Source: Lama glama (Eukaryota). Taken from it: 64,000 bases of DNA. Position 1 is the first letter of the stretch. Every line of letters starts with the position of its first letter. Positions 40,301-50,370 of the stretch are shown one piece after another. The position numbers and the translations under genes were made by a program. The DNA is taken from positions 101,930,001 through 101,994,000 of the forward strand of contig CM052816.1 in assembly GCA_028534125.1 (NCBI GenBank), read 5' to 3'. The notes beneath the pieces are model-generated. The model did not search any database and was not told where the DNA came from. It was given only the letters and a program-made list of their open reading frames with translations.

Positions 40301-42376
40301 CTGCCCAGGGCTGACAGCTAACAGAGGGTGAGTGTGGGTGCACCTCTAATCTGGGTCAGGGTGGGAGCCTCTTCCCCACTCCACGGGCACCTGTCTTCTT
40401 GGACCTCTTGTAGGGTAAATGGCCACTGAGGGACACCTTCTGCTCATAGGACCCCAGATTCCCAGCACCTCTTAGGATCAACTGGTGGAGGACAGGACAT
40501 ACCACCTCACAGCCCACCCCTCCATCCCCCACCTCACTCCCCCCTCAGGAGTGTGTTGGACTCTAAGGTCAGACCAGTCATCTCTCTGGGCTCATTCTTC
40601 TGTCCAGACCAGTGAGCACTGGCCTGTGCACGTGTACTGAGTGCCAGGCCCTGCCAGGGGCAGAGGGACACAGATAAGGAGTCTGTAATCCCCAGTAACC
40701 CTCCCACGGAGAGCAGGGCATAGAAGCTCTATTCTTACAGGGCAGGAGGGTAAGTACTGGGCAGAGGCACCATTGCTTCAGGGCCCAGAGTGTGGAGAGG
40801 AAAGCCACCGCTTCCAGGCTGCTTCTCGGCTGGGAGCCACAGGACAAGTACAGAAGCCTGGCTCCCTCCATCTGCAGAATGGGTAGCCTGCCGTGGCAGA
40901 CTCCTGTTAGGGCTAGCAGGCTCTGAGTGACTTGATTTTTGTTTAAGCACAAATAGAGGGCACATTATCTGCCTGTGAGGAGGGAGGCATGTGAGCTGTG
41001 CTTGAACGATTCTCATAAAAAATGCTGAGATCTGGGAATCTGGGGTCTTCTGTATTTGCTTGGATGATACAAGCTGTGAACACATATCTCAGAGAGCCTC
41101 AGGGCAAATTCAGGGCCAACTTTATTTCATTAGTACAGCATTTGGGATGCTTTACAAATAATAAAGTATTCATGTGAGACCACTAGCAGGCTCGGGAACT
41201 AACAGATACCACAGACATAAAGGCCTACCTTTCACAAAGGCGATTTCAGACTAGACCCACATAGGGCCCTTCTAACAGGATGAAACCACAGGTCACCTGC
41301 ACCTGGGTACCTAGCCCACTGGGAAGGTCAGTGCTCTGCCCTCTGTGGCCCACCTGGACAGTCCACTTGTGCACCCAACCCAGGCCTCCCTTCTATTTGC
41401 AGACTGGACACCAAACAGTGAGATCAAAGCCGGGTGTCTCCTCAGAAGTGGGTGCATGGTCTCTGCGGGGGAAACCCAGCCCCCCAGGACAGGGAGGTGG
41501 CTCTATCGTGAACAGGAGCGTCTCCAAGTCTGAACGTGTCCACTGAGAGCAAATAGTGGTCTCTAAAGTTCCTCCTGGCCCAGAGAACCTGGGAATCCGA
41601 GGGAGGGTCAAGAAGGGGAAGCCCACCCTCACTTCCCCTCTGCCCACTCTGAAATCGCTCTTCAGGATGCAGCAAAGCTCACTTAACACTCACTGTAAAT
41701 TATGCAGTTTCAGTTATGTTTAACTTAATTTTTAAATTATATGTTTTAAGTCTTAATTAGACACCCGAAAGTACCAGCTAAACTTCTGAAGTGAAAGTGC
41801 TGTTGGGTAACAGAAGCAGAGTGTAATTACTGTACCAAACTGTTCTGTGATCCCGTTTCACAGGAAAAAGGGAAAGGCGCGCCCCACACGCTTTTTGCAG
41901 ATCAGGTGAAGTAGGAAACCGCTCCCGCCACACTCTGCCAAACCTGGATGGAGGGCCTTGTTTACCAGGCAGGGTCGGTTGTCTAAATCAGCGGCTGTTT
42001 CAGTATAAAAGCCTACCCTGGTATTTTTTAAGTAAAATTCTTTGTCTTCGTGAGCAAAGTTCATTGGTTTGCCCTACCAGTTTTGAGGTAGTGAACAGCT
42101 TAGGAACATTCTCCTTGTCGGCGACAACTTCTCAGGCCTCTTTTTGTCCTACAGCCCCTCCCCCTGCACCCCTTTCAAACTCCAGCAATGCAAATCTGTC
42201 TTGACAAGCACACTTCTCTCATAAATATTCATGAGGTTAAGCGAAAAGTTTGCTACACCTTCGTTTAAGTGACCGACAGCGCAAGCGCCCTCCCGCTCCA
42301 GCCGCCGCGTCCCCGGGGTCCCTACCTGGGCGCCCGAGCCCCGGTCGCCTCGGCCGAGCGCCGCGGGGAGAGCCAT
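1265..42376 (-). CDS. PLEKHG4B: PLEKHG4B (Rho-family GEF), 5' partial spliced gene model of 11 coding exons; gene continues past the left edge
   Basis: Exons of 51+198+1231+192+124+94+87+117+99+143+121 = 2457 nt join in frame through GT-AG sites with no stop. The translation matches human PLEKHG4B as recalled ([74 protein letters not shown]). Confidence 0.95.
1915..2057 (-). CDS. PLEKHG4B: PLEKHG4B coding exon 10 ([30 protein letters not shown]...DCR), spectrin-like helical region
   Basis: Acceptor ccctgtgcag, donor CG|gtgagt, 143 nt, phase 0 to 2. Confidence 0.95.
2672..2770 (-). CDS. PLEKHG4B: PLEKHG4B coding exon 9 ([33 protein letters not shown])
   Basis: Acceptor cctcaacag, donor CAG|gtaggt, 99 nt. 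Confidence 0.94.
3078..3194 (-). CDS. PLEKHG4B: PLEKHG4B coding exon 8 ([39 protein letters not shown])
   Basis: Acceptor ccttggcag, donor CAG|gtaaga, 117 nt. Confidence 0.95.
4335..4500 (+). mobile_element. tRNA-derived SINE, camelid (vic-1-like) type
   Basis: GGGGAGGGTATAGCTCAAGCGGTAGAGC A-box, GGTTCAATCCC B-box, (TAAA)n tail. Confidence 0.88.
4944..5100 (+). mobile_element. tRNA-derived SINE of the same family with a degenerate 17-bp target-site duplication
   Basis: Same head and A-rich tail; flanks aggaacgaaggctaagt (4927-4943) and aagaatgaaggcaaagt (5101-5117), 14/17 identical. Confidence 0.88.
5403..5489 (-). CDS. PLEKHG4B: PLEKHG4B coding exon 7 ([29 protein letters not shown])
   Basis: Acceptor ttctaatttcag, donor CAG|gtaatg, 87 nt, phase 0 to 0; found by manual translation. 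Confidence 0.95.
5670..7100 (-). mobile_element. Old L1 3' fragment hosting a nested younger L1 tail
   Basis: Antisense L1 ORF2/3'UTR motifs (gatgttgagcatatttttatgtgcttacttgcc, ggtctatgacccattttcagttaatttttgta). Confidence 0.85.
6056..6327 (-). mobile_element. Young lineage-specific L1 3' tail
   Basis: Poly-T followed by tgtgtcaatttccagtgtacagc...ttccctgtgctgtac; the same tail appears near 17340, 36500 and 62100. Confidence 0.8.
9578..9671 (-). CDS. PLEKHG4B: PLEKHG4B coding exon 6 ([16 protein letters not shown]...LAALQ)
   Basis: Acceptor ctttctttctccag, donor CAG|gtgagt, 94 nt, phase 2 to 0. Confidence 0.95.
13295..13418 (-). CDS. PLEKHG4B: PLEKHG4B coding exon 5 ([14 protein letters not shown]...YLHSIPR), Sec14-like region
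   Basis: Acceptor ctctttccacag, donor CAG|gtggga, 124 nt, phase 1 to 2. Confidence 0.95.
13967..14266 (+). mobile_element. MaLR solo LTR (MLT1A-like)
   Basis: gagggtggagccctcatgaatgggatcagtgcccttatgaaag and ccagccccaggactgtgag hallmarks. Confidence 0.85.
14278..14469 (-). CDS. PLEKHG4B: PLEKHG4B coding exon 4 (APVDAEAS...[14 protein letters not shown])
   Basis: Donor CCAG|gtgagc is clear. Acceptor chosen as ctctccctcgtgcag, the frame-preserving AG behind a pyrimidine tract (192 nt, phase 1 to 1). The 5' boundary is less certain. Confidence 0.85.
15600..16935 (-). mobile_element. L1 3' fragment (ORF2 C-terminus and 3'UTR), 5'-truncated
   Basis: ORF 16258..16620 encodes the L1 ORF2 cysteine-rich motif [19 protein letters not shown]-rich end near 15600. 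Confidence 0.95.
17340..17525 (+). mobile_element. Young L1 3' tail fragment
   Basis: tatagcacagg...tacaccagaaattgacac...actgactatacttcaat followed by an A-rich tail. Confidence 0.85.
17767..18147 (+). mobile_element. MaLR solo LTR (MLT1B/C/D-like)
   Basis: TG...CA ends (tgtggtgggctgaat...gcataca), flanks tgcaa/tgtaa (4/5 TSD), ctggctccagaactgtaag motif. Confidence 0.88.
18427..19657 (-). CDS. PLEKHG4B: PLEKHG4B coding exon 3 ([16 protein letters not shown]...GCTREE)
   Basis: Lies within the 467-aa ORF 18263..19666; acceptor ctcttgtcccag, donor GAAG|gtaaat, 1231 nt, phase 0 to 1. Confidence 0.95.
21613..21794. repeat. Minisatellite, about 6 copies of a 28-30 bp unit GAGGGAGGGGCTCAC(G/A)GG(C/T)TCCACCCCC
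   Basis: Units start at 21614, 21642, 21672, 21701, 21731 and 21760. Confidence 0.95.
21802..21999 (-). CDS. PLEKHG4B: PLEKHG4B coding exon 2 ([32 protein letters not shown]...LQHLQQEAC)
   Basis: Acceptor ttccctttcag, donor TGT|gtaagt, 198 nt; start of the N-terminal domain shared with ARHGEF40/Solo. This frame is missing from the ORF track. Confidence 0.96.
27810..27952. repeat. Degenerate (CA)n / CACATG low-complexity tract
   Basis: Visible directly in the sequence. Confidence 0.8.
31489..31742 (+). mobile_element. hAT-Charlie MITE (MER58B-like)
   Basis: Termini caggggccggcaaa and tgctgacccc; internal atgtgaaaattatctgaaattcaaatt...taaagttcattggaa. Confidence 0.75.
33081..33131 (-). other. 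Candidate alternative first coding exon of PLEKHG4B with TAA at codon 3
   Basis: ATG CAT TAA GCG GGA AAG AAA GGC TGT TAC CCA TGT TTC TCC GAA AGA ACT|gtaagt; 51 nt, phase 0. Confidence 0.35.
35624..36725 (+). mobile_element. Young L1 3' fragment (ORF2 C-terminus largely open, plus 3'UTR)
   Basis: ORF 35556..36185 reads ...[33 protein letters not shown]...; lineage-specific tail. Confidence 0.95.
36760..38295 (+). mobile_element. Cluster of older L1 fragments: a reverse-transcriptase region and two L1MA/MB-like 3' ends
   Basis: gtgggatttatcccaggaatgcaagggtggttcaac, gcagatgacatgatc (ADDM), and 3'UTR motifs at about 37550-38010 and 38015-38290. Confidence 0.85.
39545..39745 (-). mobile_element. 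L2 3' fragment
   Basis: ttgagcacctgctgtgtgccatgcactattccaggcacc, an L2 tail motif. Confidence 0.6.
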
Positions 42377-43345
42377 GGTGGCGCCTCCTTTGTCCCGGCC
42401 GCGGGGAGGACAGAGCCGCGGAGGCCGCCCGCCCGCCGGGCTCGGGGCGGACCCTCCCAGGCCGCGCCCCCTCCCCGCCCCGAGGAGGAGCCGGGGCGCG
42501 GCCGGGGCTGCGGCCGGGTCGGGGGAGAGGCGGGTGCCGGGGCCGCGCCCTCACCTGGCGGGGGTGGGGGCGAGCTCCGCCCCCCACCCAGCGCCGGGCG
42601 GGGGCCGGACAGGGGCGGCGTTCCCAGTTGCTCTTGTTCTCACGGGGCTGGAGACCTGCCATTTTGTTCTCGGACCAGTGTCTGTATCACGGCGTCTGAT
42701 CTCCGCGGGGGTGGACCGGACCCGGACTTGTGCTGGTGAAGACTATCGCACCGTGATGTTCCCCAGGGTAGACAGACTCACACCTGACGTGCGCCGGGGT
42801 AGACACACTAGTGAAGACAACAGCGCGCGATTCCCCCTGGGGCCGGTGGAGCGGACCGCTTTCTGCCGGTGTGGATGTGCTGGCCTCTCTGCCTGCCGGA
42901 CGGGACGCTCTCTGCCGGGTAAACAGAGCTGGCGCGCCTCTGGGCCTCGAGCGAGCGGCCGCGTTCCCCTCCTTCGGGAGTCGGGCGCCAGAGTTGAACG
43001 CGCTCTCTCTGGGTTTGCGACACTAACGCCTAGGTTTGCGGAGAACCTCCGAAAACGAAGTATTCCCCGACCCCGGGAAGCCAGCTCCTTCCCTGTAGCT
43101 CCGAGCCGGGGGCTCCGGCTCGTGGAGCACCCGCGGTGTGCGGGGAACGCAGGGGTCTCAGAGCCTCCCGCCCGTCGTCCGGTGCCTCATCCAGCACGGC
43201 GTCCGGACTAGAAGCAGGGGCACTGGCTCAGCCCGCCCACTGCGGGACGGGCCAGTCACTTAGCGATGAAGTTCAGCCGTGTTGGAGCCGAAGGGCGGCA
43301 GGTATAGGGTGAAGGAAGCTGAGGTGGCGGCCTGAGTTCGGCTCC
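42270..43345. promoter_or_regulatory. CpG island / PLEKHG4B promoter with several GC boxes
   Basis: Very high GC and CpG density compared with CpG-depleted flanks; GGGGCGG and CCCCGCCCC motifs; contains the start codon. Confidence 0.92.
42326..42376 (-). CDS. PLEKHG4B: PLEKHG4B coding exon 1 ([17 protein letters not shown])
   Basis: Perfect Kozak GCCACCATGG inside the CpG island; donor CAG|gtaggg; phase 0 matches exon 2. Confidence 0.85.
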
Positions 43346-43929
43346 CTCGCCCAGTACCGGGTTTTGAATTCCTCTGCTGGCTCCCTGCCTGGCTCCTCTG
43401 CTAGGATTCCCGGATTCCTCTCGGTGCTGGGGACCTGGGTGCCCCTCCCTCAGCCCCTCCCCCACCTTCTTCTCACCTGCTCACCTGCCTGACGCTCTAG
43501 GAACAGGAGCCATGCTGCGCTGCGTAAACCTCTGCCGTCCTGCCAGGACACACCTCGGGCTGTTGGCATGCCTCCAGAACGGCGGCTTTGTCGTCCAGGA
43601 TCCAGGGGCTGGCAGCAGGGGACGTCACCAGTGACCTGGACGCCTGGTCAGGGTGCAGCTCTTACTAGAGATCTGGGGCACACAGATGCTGTACCTCTGC
43701 TGTGCAGAAGGAAAGCCGGGCCTGCACAGGGTAGTCCGCATGTGCTCTCCAGCTGCAGTGTCCCGGGATCTGAGTCCTTTGCTGTGCATGCATAGAAACA
43801 GGGATGTTTCCTAAGAAATTTCCCCCCAAACTTGGACTGTTGAAATGGTTTGATTTACTCAGAAGGTACTTACCACCTCCTTTCTGCCAGCCACTGTATG
43901 ACACCTGTCAGGTTCCTTTGGGGTGTGAC

Positions 43930-45210
43930 ATTCCAATGGAGGGAGACAAAACAGTAAACCAAAGAACAGAGAATCACATCTGAGTAAGGCAGATGGCTGA
44001 GCCAGGGAAGACTGTGCGGGGACCAGGGAGGGAGCTGATTTCCAGGCAGAAGGACCCACCTGTGCAGAGGCCCTGAGGTGGGCAGGAACAGAACTGTGTG
44101 CTTGAGGAACAACGGGAAGACCATTGTACCTAAGACACTGTGAACAAGGGCACAGGTGAAGAGACCAGATGGGAAAGTCTGCAGGGATATGTAGTGATAG
44201 AGGTGAGTTTTGTTTTATTTTGAGTGTCATGGGGAACCACTGTGCAGAGACTTTGGGCAGGAAGTGATGTTATCTGATTTATGTTCCAAACCTTTCACCC
44301 TGGCTCAGGGTGGAGACCACAGCTGGTTGAGGCAGGGTGAGTCAGGAGGTGACTGCCGTGATCCTGGGGCGAGTGAGCAATGGGGGCTGGTTAGGGTGGG
44401 AATCACAGAGGGTGTGAAAAATGATCGAAGCAGGATCCATTTAAAGGTAGAGCTGAGAGGACTGGCTGATAGCTGTCTGGAGAGTGAGGGACAAAGAAGC
44501 CAAGGAGGTAGGTGGCAGGCAGTGAACTAACTGATCTCGGCCCCTGCCAGCCACCGTGCGTGCTCCCTGCGTGCAGATGCTGGCGACTGCAAAGACACTT
44601 GCCCCAGGTCCTTTGCATCTGAGGTACAGATGTGCCTGCTTGTGCTCGTACATGCACCACCGAAGGTGTGGGAGGAACCACGGGAGTGGTGGCTGTCTCA
44701 GCAAATTGGCGGTTGAAGTGTTTGGTTCATCCGGGGCAGTTAAGGCCTGTCCTTGGCAGCGCTAGCGCTGAGTAGGAGGGAACAGGGCCGTGGGGTTTTC
44801 CTAAAAGGATGCTATAGACTTGTCAGGAGTTTTTCCAGGTTGCTGATGTTACTGGCTGTTCCTGGTTACCCACCCTGTCACAGATGGCATACCTCACCTG
44901 ATAGCTTCCCATGCTGCGTAAATTAGCTTCAGTGGATTCTGCTCTCTGCAGTTAGGAATCAGCACTAAGACAGCGATTCAGGGATTTGAGGCCTGGTGAG
45001 CAGGTGGAAGTTGGTATCATTTACTGAGATGGGAGAAGCAGATTTGGGAGAAGACACATTAGTGCTGAGATGCTGTTAGACATGTTGAGTGGTTGGACTG
45101 CTGTGAGAGCTTGGTGCCGAGAGGAAGTCAGGAAATATCGGCCTGGAAGCATCCACACGTAGGTGTGTCTAGAGGGAACTGAATGTGCAGACAGAAGGGA
45201 AGAGGGACCA
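43930..45210 (-). mobile_element. Degenerate L2 fragments
   Basis: tgtgcagaggccctgaggtggg, atggggaaccactg, atttaaaggtagagctgagaggactggctga, tttactgagatggga. Confidence 0.65.
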
Positions 45211-45211
45211 T

Positions 45212-45229
45212 GGTTAGGGTTAGGGTTAG
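45212..45229 (+). repeat. Short interstitial telomeric tract GGTTAGGGTTAGGGTTAG
   Basis: 18 nt in perfect TTAGGG register. Confidence 0.85.
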
Positions 45230-45232
45230 AAA

Positions 45233-45460
45233 TTAATTTCTTTCAGCAATGTTTTGCAGTTTTCAGCATACAAGTCTTTCACCTCCTTGATCAGATATAT
45301 TCCTAAGTATTGCATTATTTTAGATGCTATGTTATACACGGAATTACTTTCTTAATTTCTTTTTTGGATTGTTCATTGGTGGTATATAGAAACACAGCTG
45401 ATTTGTGTGTGTTAGTTTTGTACCCTGCAACTTTGCTCAATTTATCTATTAGCTCTAGTA

Positions 45461-45497
<37 letters not shown>

Positions 45498-46157
45498 ATT
45501 CTTTGGCATTTTCTATGTATAGGATCATGTCACTGTGAACAGAGATAGTTTTACGTCTTACTTTCCAATTTGAATGTCTTTCATTTCTTTTTGTGTCTGT
45601 AATGGCTCTGGCTAGAAGTTCCAGTACAATGTTGACTAGAAGCAGCAAAATGCATCCTTGGCTGATTCCTGATCTTAAGGAGAGAGCTTTCAGGCTTTTA
45701 CCGTTGTGTATGATGTTAACTGTGGGCTTTCCATAAATATTTTTTAACCTGTTGAAGAATTTTCTCTCTAATCCTAGTTTTCTGAGAGCTCTTGTCATGA
45801 AGGGTATTGAAATTTTAAAAATACGTTTTCTGTATCAGTTGAGATGATCATTTTTTTACCTTTGTTCTGTTAATGTGATGTACTACATTGACTGATTTTC
45901 TTATGTTGGACTGCCCTTGTATTCCTGTGATAAATTTCACTGTTTGTGGTGAATAATCGTTCCAATACGCTATTGGATTCTATTTGCTAAAATTTTGATG
46001 AGGATTTTTTGCATCTTTATTCATCAGGGATCTTGGTCTATAATTTTCTTCTCTTGTGATGTCTTATCTGGCCTTGATATTAGGGTAATGCTGGCCTCAG
46101 AGAATGAGTAGGGAAGTATTCTCTCCTCTTCAATTTTTTGGAAGAGTTTGAGAAGGA
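45233..46157 (-). mobile_element. L1 ORF2 fragment, inverted arm of a 5'-inverted L1
   Basis: Antisense RT-region motifs (ORFs 45327..45509 and 45442..45798); contains (TG)15 at 45467-45496. Confidence 0.9.
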
Positions 46158-46193
46158 GGCTCGTCTATTCTCATGACCTCTAAGTGTGGGCAC

Positions 46194-47975
46194 GTTTCTA
46201 TACACCAGCAATGAACAATCCAAAAGAGAAATTAAGAAAGTAATTCCATGTATAACATAGCATCTAAAAGAATGAAATACTTAGGAATATATCTAACCAA
46301 GGAGGTGAAAGATTTGCATGTTGAAAACTGCAAAGCATTGCTGAAAGAAGTTAAAGATAACCTGAATAAATGGGAAAACATCAGGTGTTTATGTATAGGA
46401 AGACTTCACATTGTCAAGATGTCAATACCACCCAAAATGATCTACAGATTCAAGACAGCTCCTATAAAAATTCCAACAGCCTTTTTCACAGAAATTGAAA
46501 AGCTGATCCTCAGATTCACTTGGAAATGGCCACTAATAGCAACAACAATCTTGAAAAAGAACAAAGTTGGAGGACTCACAGAACCTGAATTTGAAACTTG
46601 CTACAAAGCTACAGCAATTAAAACAGTACGATGCTGGCATGAGGTCAGACATACCCCAATGGAACAGAATAGAGATCCTGGAAATAAACCATCACATATA
46701 TAGTCTAATACTTTTCAACAAGGGATCCAAGAATATTTAGTGGGGAAAGGACAGTCTTTTCAACAACTGATGCTGGGAAACTGGGTACAGGTGGACCTTT
46801 ACCTCATACCACACACAAAAAACTAATTAAAAAAGGCTCTAAAACCTAAGTGTGAAGATACAAGATTCTTAAAAGAAAGCAGAGATAGATCTGAATAGCC
46901 TTGAATTTGGTAGTGGTTTATTAAATATGATACCAAAAGCACAAACAACACAAGAAAAAAAATATATATATAAATTGGACTTCATCCAAAGTAAGAACTT
47001 TTGTTCTTCAAAAGACACTGTCAAGAAAATGAAAAAATGACTCATAGAATGGGAGAAAATATTTGTGAATCATATATTCAGTAAGGGACTGACATCCAGA
47101 ATATAGAAAGAACTCCTAGAAACAACAGGGACAAATGACCCATTTACAATGTGCAAAGGACTTAGACATTTCCCCAAGGAAAATGTACAGACAGTCAACA
47201 GGTACATGACAAGACGTTCAGCATCACCAATCACTAGGGAAATGTAAATCAAAACCACGATGAGACCCCACTTCACATCCACTGGGATGACTACAGAGGT
47301 AGTAAATGTAGGTGAGGAGATGGAGAAATTGGAATCCTTGTACACTGCTCTTGAGAATGTGAAGTGGTTCAGCCTCTGTGGAAAACAGTTTGGTATTTCC
47401 TCAAAAAGTTAAACATGGAGTCAGTATGTAACCCAGCAATTCCATTCCTAGGTACACGCCTAAGAGAAATGGAAATGTAAGGTCACATGAAAACCCGTAC
47501 ACAAATGTTCATAGTAACACTGCTCACAATAGCCAAAAGGTAGAAAAAATCCGAAGTCCATCTACAGATGAACAGATGAACAAAATATGGTCCATGAATG
47601 ATACAATGGAGTATCATTCATCCATAGGTGGGAGTAAAATTCTAATGCACCCTACAACATGGACGAGCCTTAAAAACATTTTGCTAACTCAAAGAAGCAG
47701 ATTCAAAAGGCCACACATCGTATGATTCTATCTATGAAATACATAAAGTAGATCAATCCACAGGGACAGAAAGCAAATGATTGTTTGCTAGGGGCTGGGA
47801 GTAGGAGCTGAATGGTAATGATTGCTAAATAGAAGGTTTCCTTTTCTAGAGATGAAAGCACTCTGGAACCAGGTAGTGGGGATGGTTCCACGACATTCTG
47901 AATGTACTAAATGCCCCTGGACTATGCACTTTAAGATGGTGAATGTTACATAAATTTCACCTCAGTAGAAATAAA
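46194..47975 (+). mobile_element. L1 ORF2 3' part and 3'UTR (L1MB-like), sense arm
   Basis: ORF 46248..46703 ([14 protein letters not shown]...[17 protein letters not shown]) and a typical 3'UTR ending aaatttcacctcagtagaaataaa. Confidence 0.9.
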
Positions 47976-47979
47976 TTGC

Positions 47980-48900
47980 AAATAGAGTGAAGAACTAAAT
48001 ATGACAAAACAAAAACTTAGAAAAGAAGATCATTAGAAAGTTGGGATAGGGAAGTATTTAATAAATGAGATGTACAAAGCACAGACTATGAATAAAATGA
48101 TTGATACACCTGACTGCGTTAAAGTTTCATACTTCTGGGTGATAAATTTAAAAATGACCCACAAAATAGGAGATGTTTGGACCTCTTGTGGACAACTAAT
48201 GGTCAGAATCCAGAATATATAAAGAGCTCCTAAAAGCTTACAATAAGAAAGACAGACTAATGGGAAATTAGGCAGGTTGTAAACTGGTATTTCAAAAGGT
48301 CAGTTTTGAAACTCTCACTAAACCCTGATGTTCAATAAACAAAAGATGTTCAGTCTTTCTAGTGCAAGTGTGAACAAGCTCTCATCATATACCTGTCATT
48401 TAGCAAAATGCTTAAGGCCTAAAATATTTAAAGTTAAAAATGTTTTTTCTAAAATGTAATACAAAGCTAAAATATTTAATATTTTTCTATATTGAGGTTG
48501 AAAAATCCTAAGTGTTTGGTGCTTGCCCAGTGTTGGTGGATATGGCAGTGAATTCCTGGTCAATAAATCCCATCTGGGCACACACCTGAGCGGAGTGCCT
48601 GCACTGGGCAGCGGAGGCTTAAAGTCCTCCCCACGGTGCTGAAAGAGCTCAGCTCAGAGGCACCCCAAGTGTATCAACATGAGGATGAAAATATGAATCG
48701 TGACCTTTATACAAAGGAGAGTAGCACGTAAAGTGAATGAATACAGAGAAGCCTCAAAAGCGATGCTGAGTAAAAGGACAGCAAGTTACAAAGGGACCAG
48801 AACAGTATGGTGTCGTTTAGGTAAAAACCCTAGAAGTACCCCCAGTGCTCTGGACTGCTACCGTCACGTGCTCGTGCTGTTAAAGTGTAAAGCCATGTGT
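47980..48900 (+). mobile_element. Highly decayed old L1 fragments (L1ME-like)
   Basis: cagaatccagaatatataaagagctcct, aaaagatgttcagtctttctag; A-rich. Confidence 0.55.
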
Positions 48901-50093
48901 GAGGTGACACACAGGTTTTATTCCAGGAGCACCCTGTGTGTCTGCTCAGATCTGGCTCTGGGGCCCTGGGGCCTGGATGCCTTTTCTCTGAGTGGGATGT
49001 TGCATGAGGAACCACCAGGCTTGTTGCAATGTGCACTGTCCGGGGTTTCTGCTATGGGAGCTGCCAAGGGCTGGGCTTATGGTTCACACTGCTTTTCAAA
49101 TTTAAATTTCTATTCTACTCTACTCTGCATTTGCTCTGCTTTCACTTGAATTTGTAATCAGAGATTATCTTGGGAAATGTCCTGGCTGCAGACAACAATT
49201 ACATGTGAAACAAACAGGTGGGTGTCTTGGGGAGGCTGAGGATGGATGGAGTGTGAATCAAATGAGAATTCCATTAGGAGCAGCCTATGCTGCCCCCATC
49301 CACACAGGCGTCCTGCTCAGGGAGCCCCTTGACGGGGCTGCACACCTAGAGAGTGTGGTGGAGACTCACTGCAAGGCAGTTCCACTCACAGGCCAGAGGG
49401 CAGCCCTTGCGGGCAGGCCTGGGTGTACCCCATGGAGCAGCTGCTGCACTGGGCAGAGCTGGGTACTGGGAGGGCCTCGGCAAACCTTGGTGGTCGGCCA
49501 GCCCCATCCTGGTTCCACCCTTCCCCTGCGGGCTCGCTCACTCACCTGCCTGGCGCCCAGCCTCCTTCCCTGCTTGCCCCGTCTGTCCTGTGAGACGGCT
49601 GCGCACAGAAGGAACTGTGTCTGTGGAGTGGGTGTGGATGCAGCTCATTTGTTAACCTCCGACCCAGGGTGGCCGTGAGGTCTACCTTCTAGGGGAGCAG
49701 CAAGAAGATGAGGGAGGCACTTGTGGGCCCAGTAACTCCTCCTAGGCACCTGCTGCGCTCGGGACTCTGAGCCTCACAGAGGCAGATGCAAGTCCTGCCC
49801 TCAGAGGCCCCCCGTACCCTGGGGAGAGAGGCCTCAGCCAATGAAAAGACAAAACAAGCTATGAGGGGCGCCATGAGGAAGAAGGATAGCGGGAGTGGGC
49901 CAGGGTTCAGCTGTAGATGATGAAGGGGGAAAGGGGCTCACTGCCCAGAGGTCAGCCCACCTCACAGAGGGAACAGCAGGCAGGGTGGCCCCTAGGCAGG
50001 ATGAACACAGTGTGCTCTGAGACCACAAAGAGCTAGTGTGCCCCAGAACTGGCGAGGGGTGTGTGGGTGAGGGGGCTGGAGACACAGCCAGTG

Positions 50094-50370
50094 TGGCCCT
50101 GGGTGGTCCCGGGGGTGACCTGGGCTGTCCCGTTGGCCCTGGGTGGTCCCGGGGGTGACCTGGGCTGTCCGTTGGCCCTGGGTGGTCCCAGGGGTGACCT
50201 GGGCTGTCCGTTTGCCCTGGGTGGTCCCGGGGGTGACCTGGGCTGTCCGTTGGCCCTGGGTGGTCCCGGGGGTGACCTGGGCTGTCCGTTTGCCCTGGGT
50301 GGTCCCGGGGGTGACCTGGGCTGTCCGTTGGCTCTGGCTGGTCCGGGTGACCTGGGCTGTCTGTTGGCTG
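50094..50370. repeat. 39-bp minisatellite, 6 full copies plus 1 degenerate copy (TGGCCCTGGGTGGTCCCGGGGGTGACCTGGGCTGTCCGT)
   Basis: Units start at 50094, 50134, 50173, 50212, 50251, 50290 and 50329. Confidence 0.97.

Noticed and set aside
42237..43211. Long overlapping ORFs of 141-278 aa in the CpG island
   Set aside because: Stop codons are rare in very GC-rich DNA, and the products are Arg/Pro/Gly low-complexity. Only the 17-codon exon 1 is supported.
44389..44398. Single GGTTAGGG units here, at about 52018 and at about 57710
   Set aside because: Single hexamers are expected by chance, and the last one is part of an MLT1 LTR.
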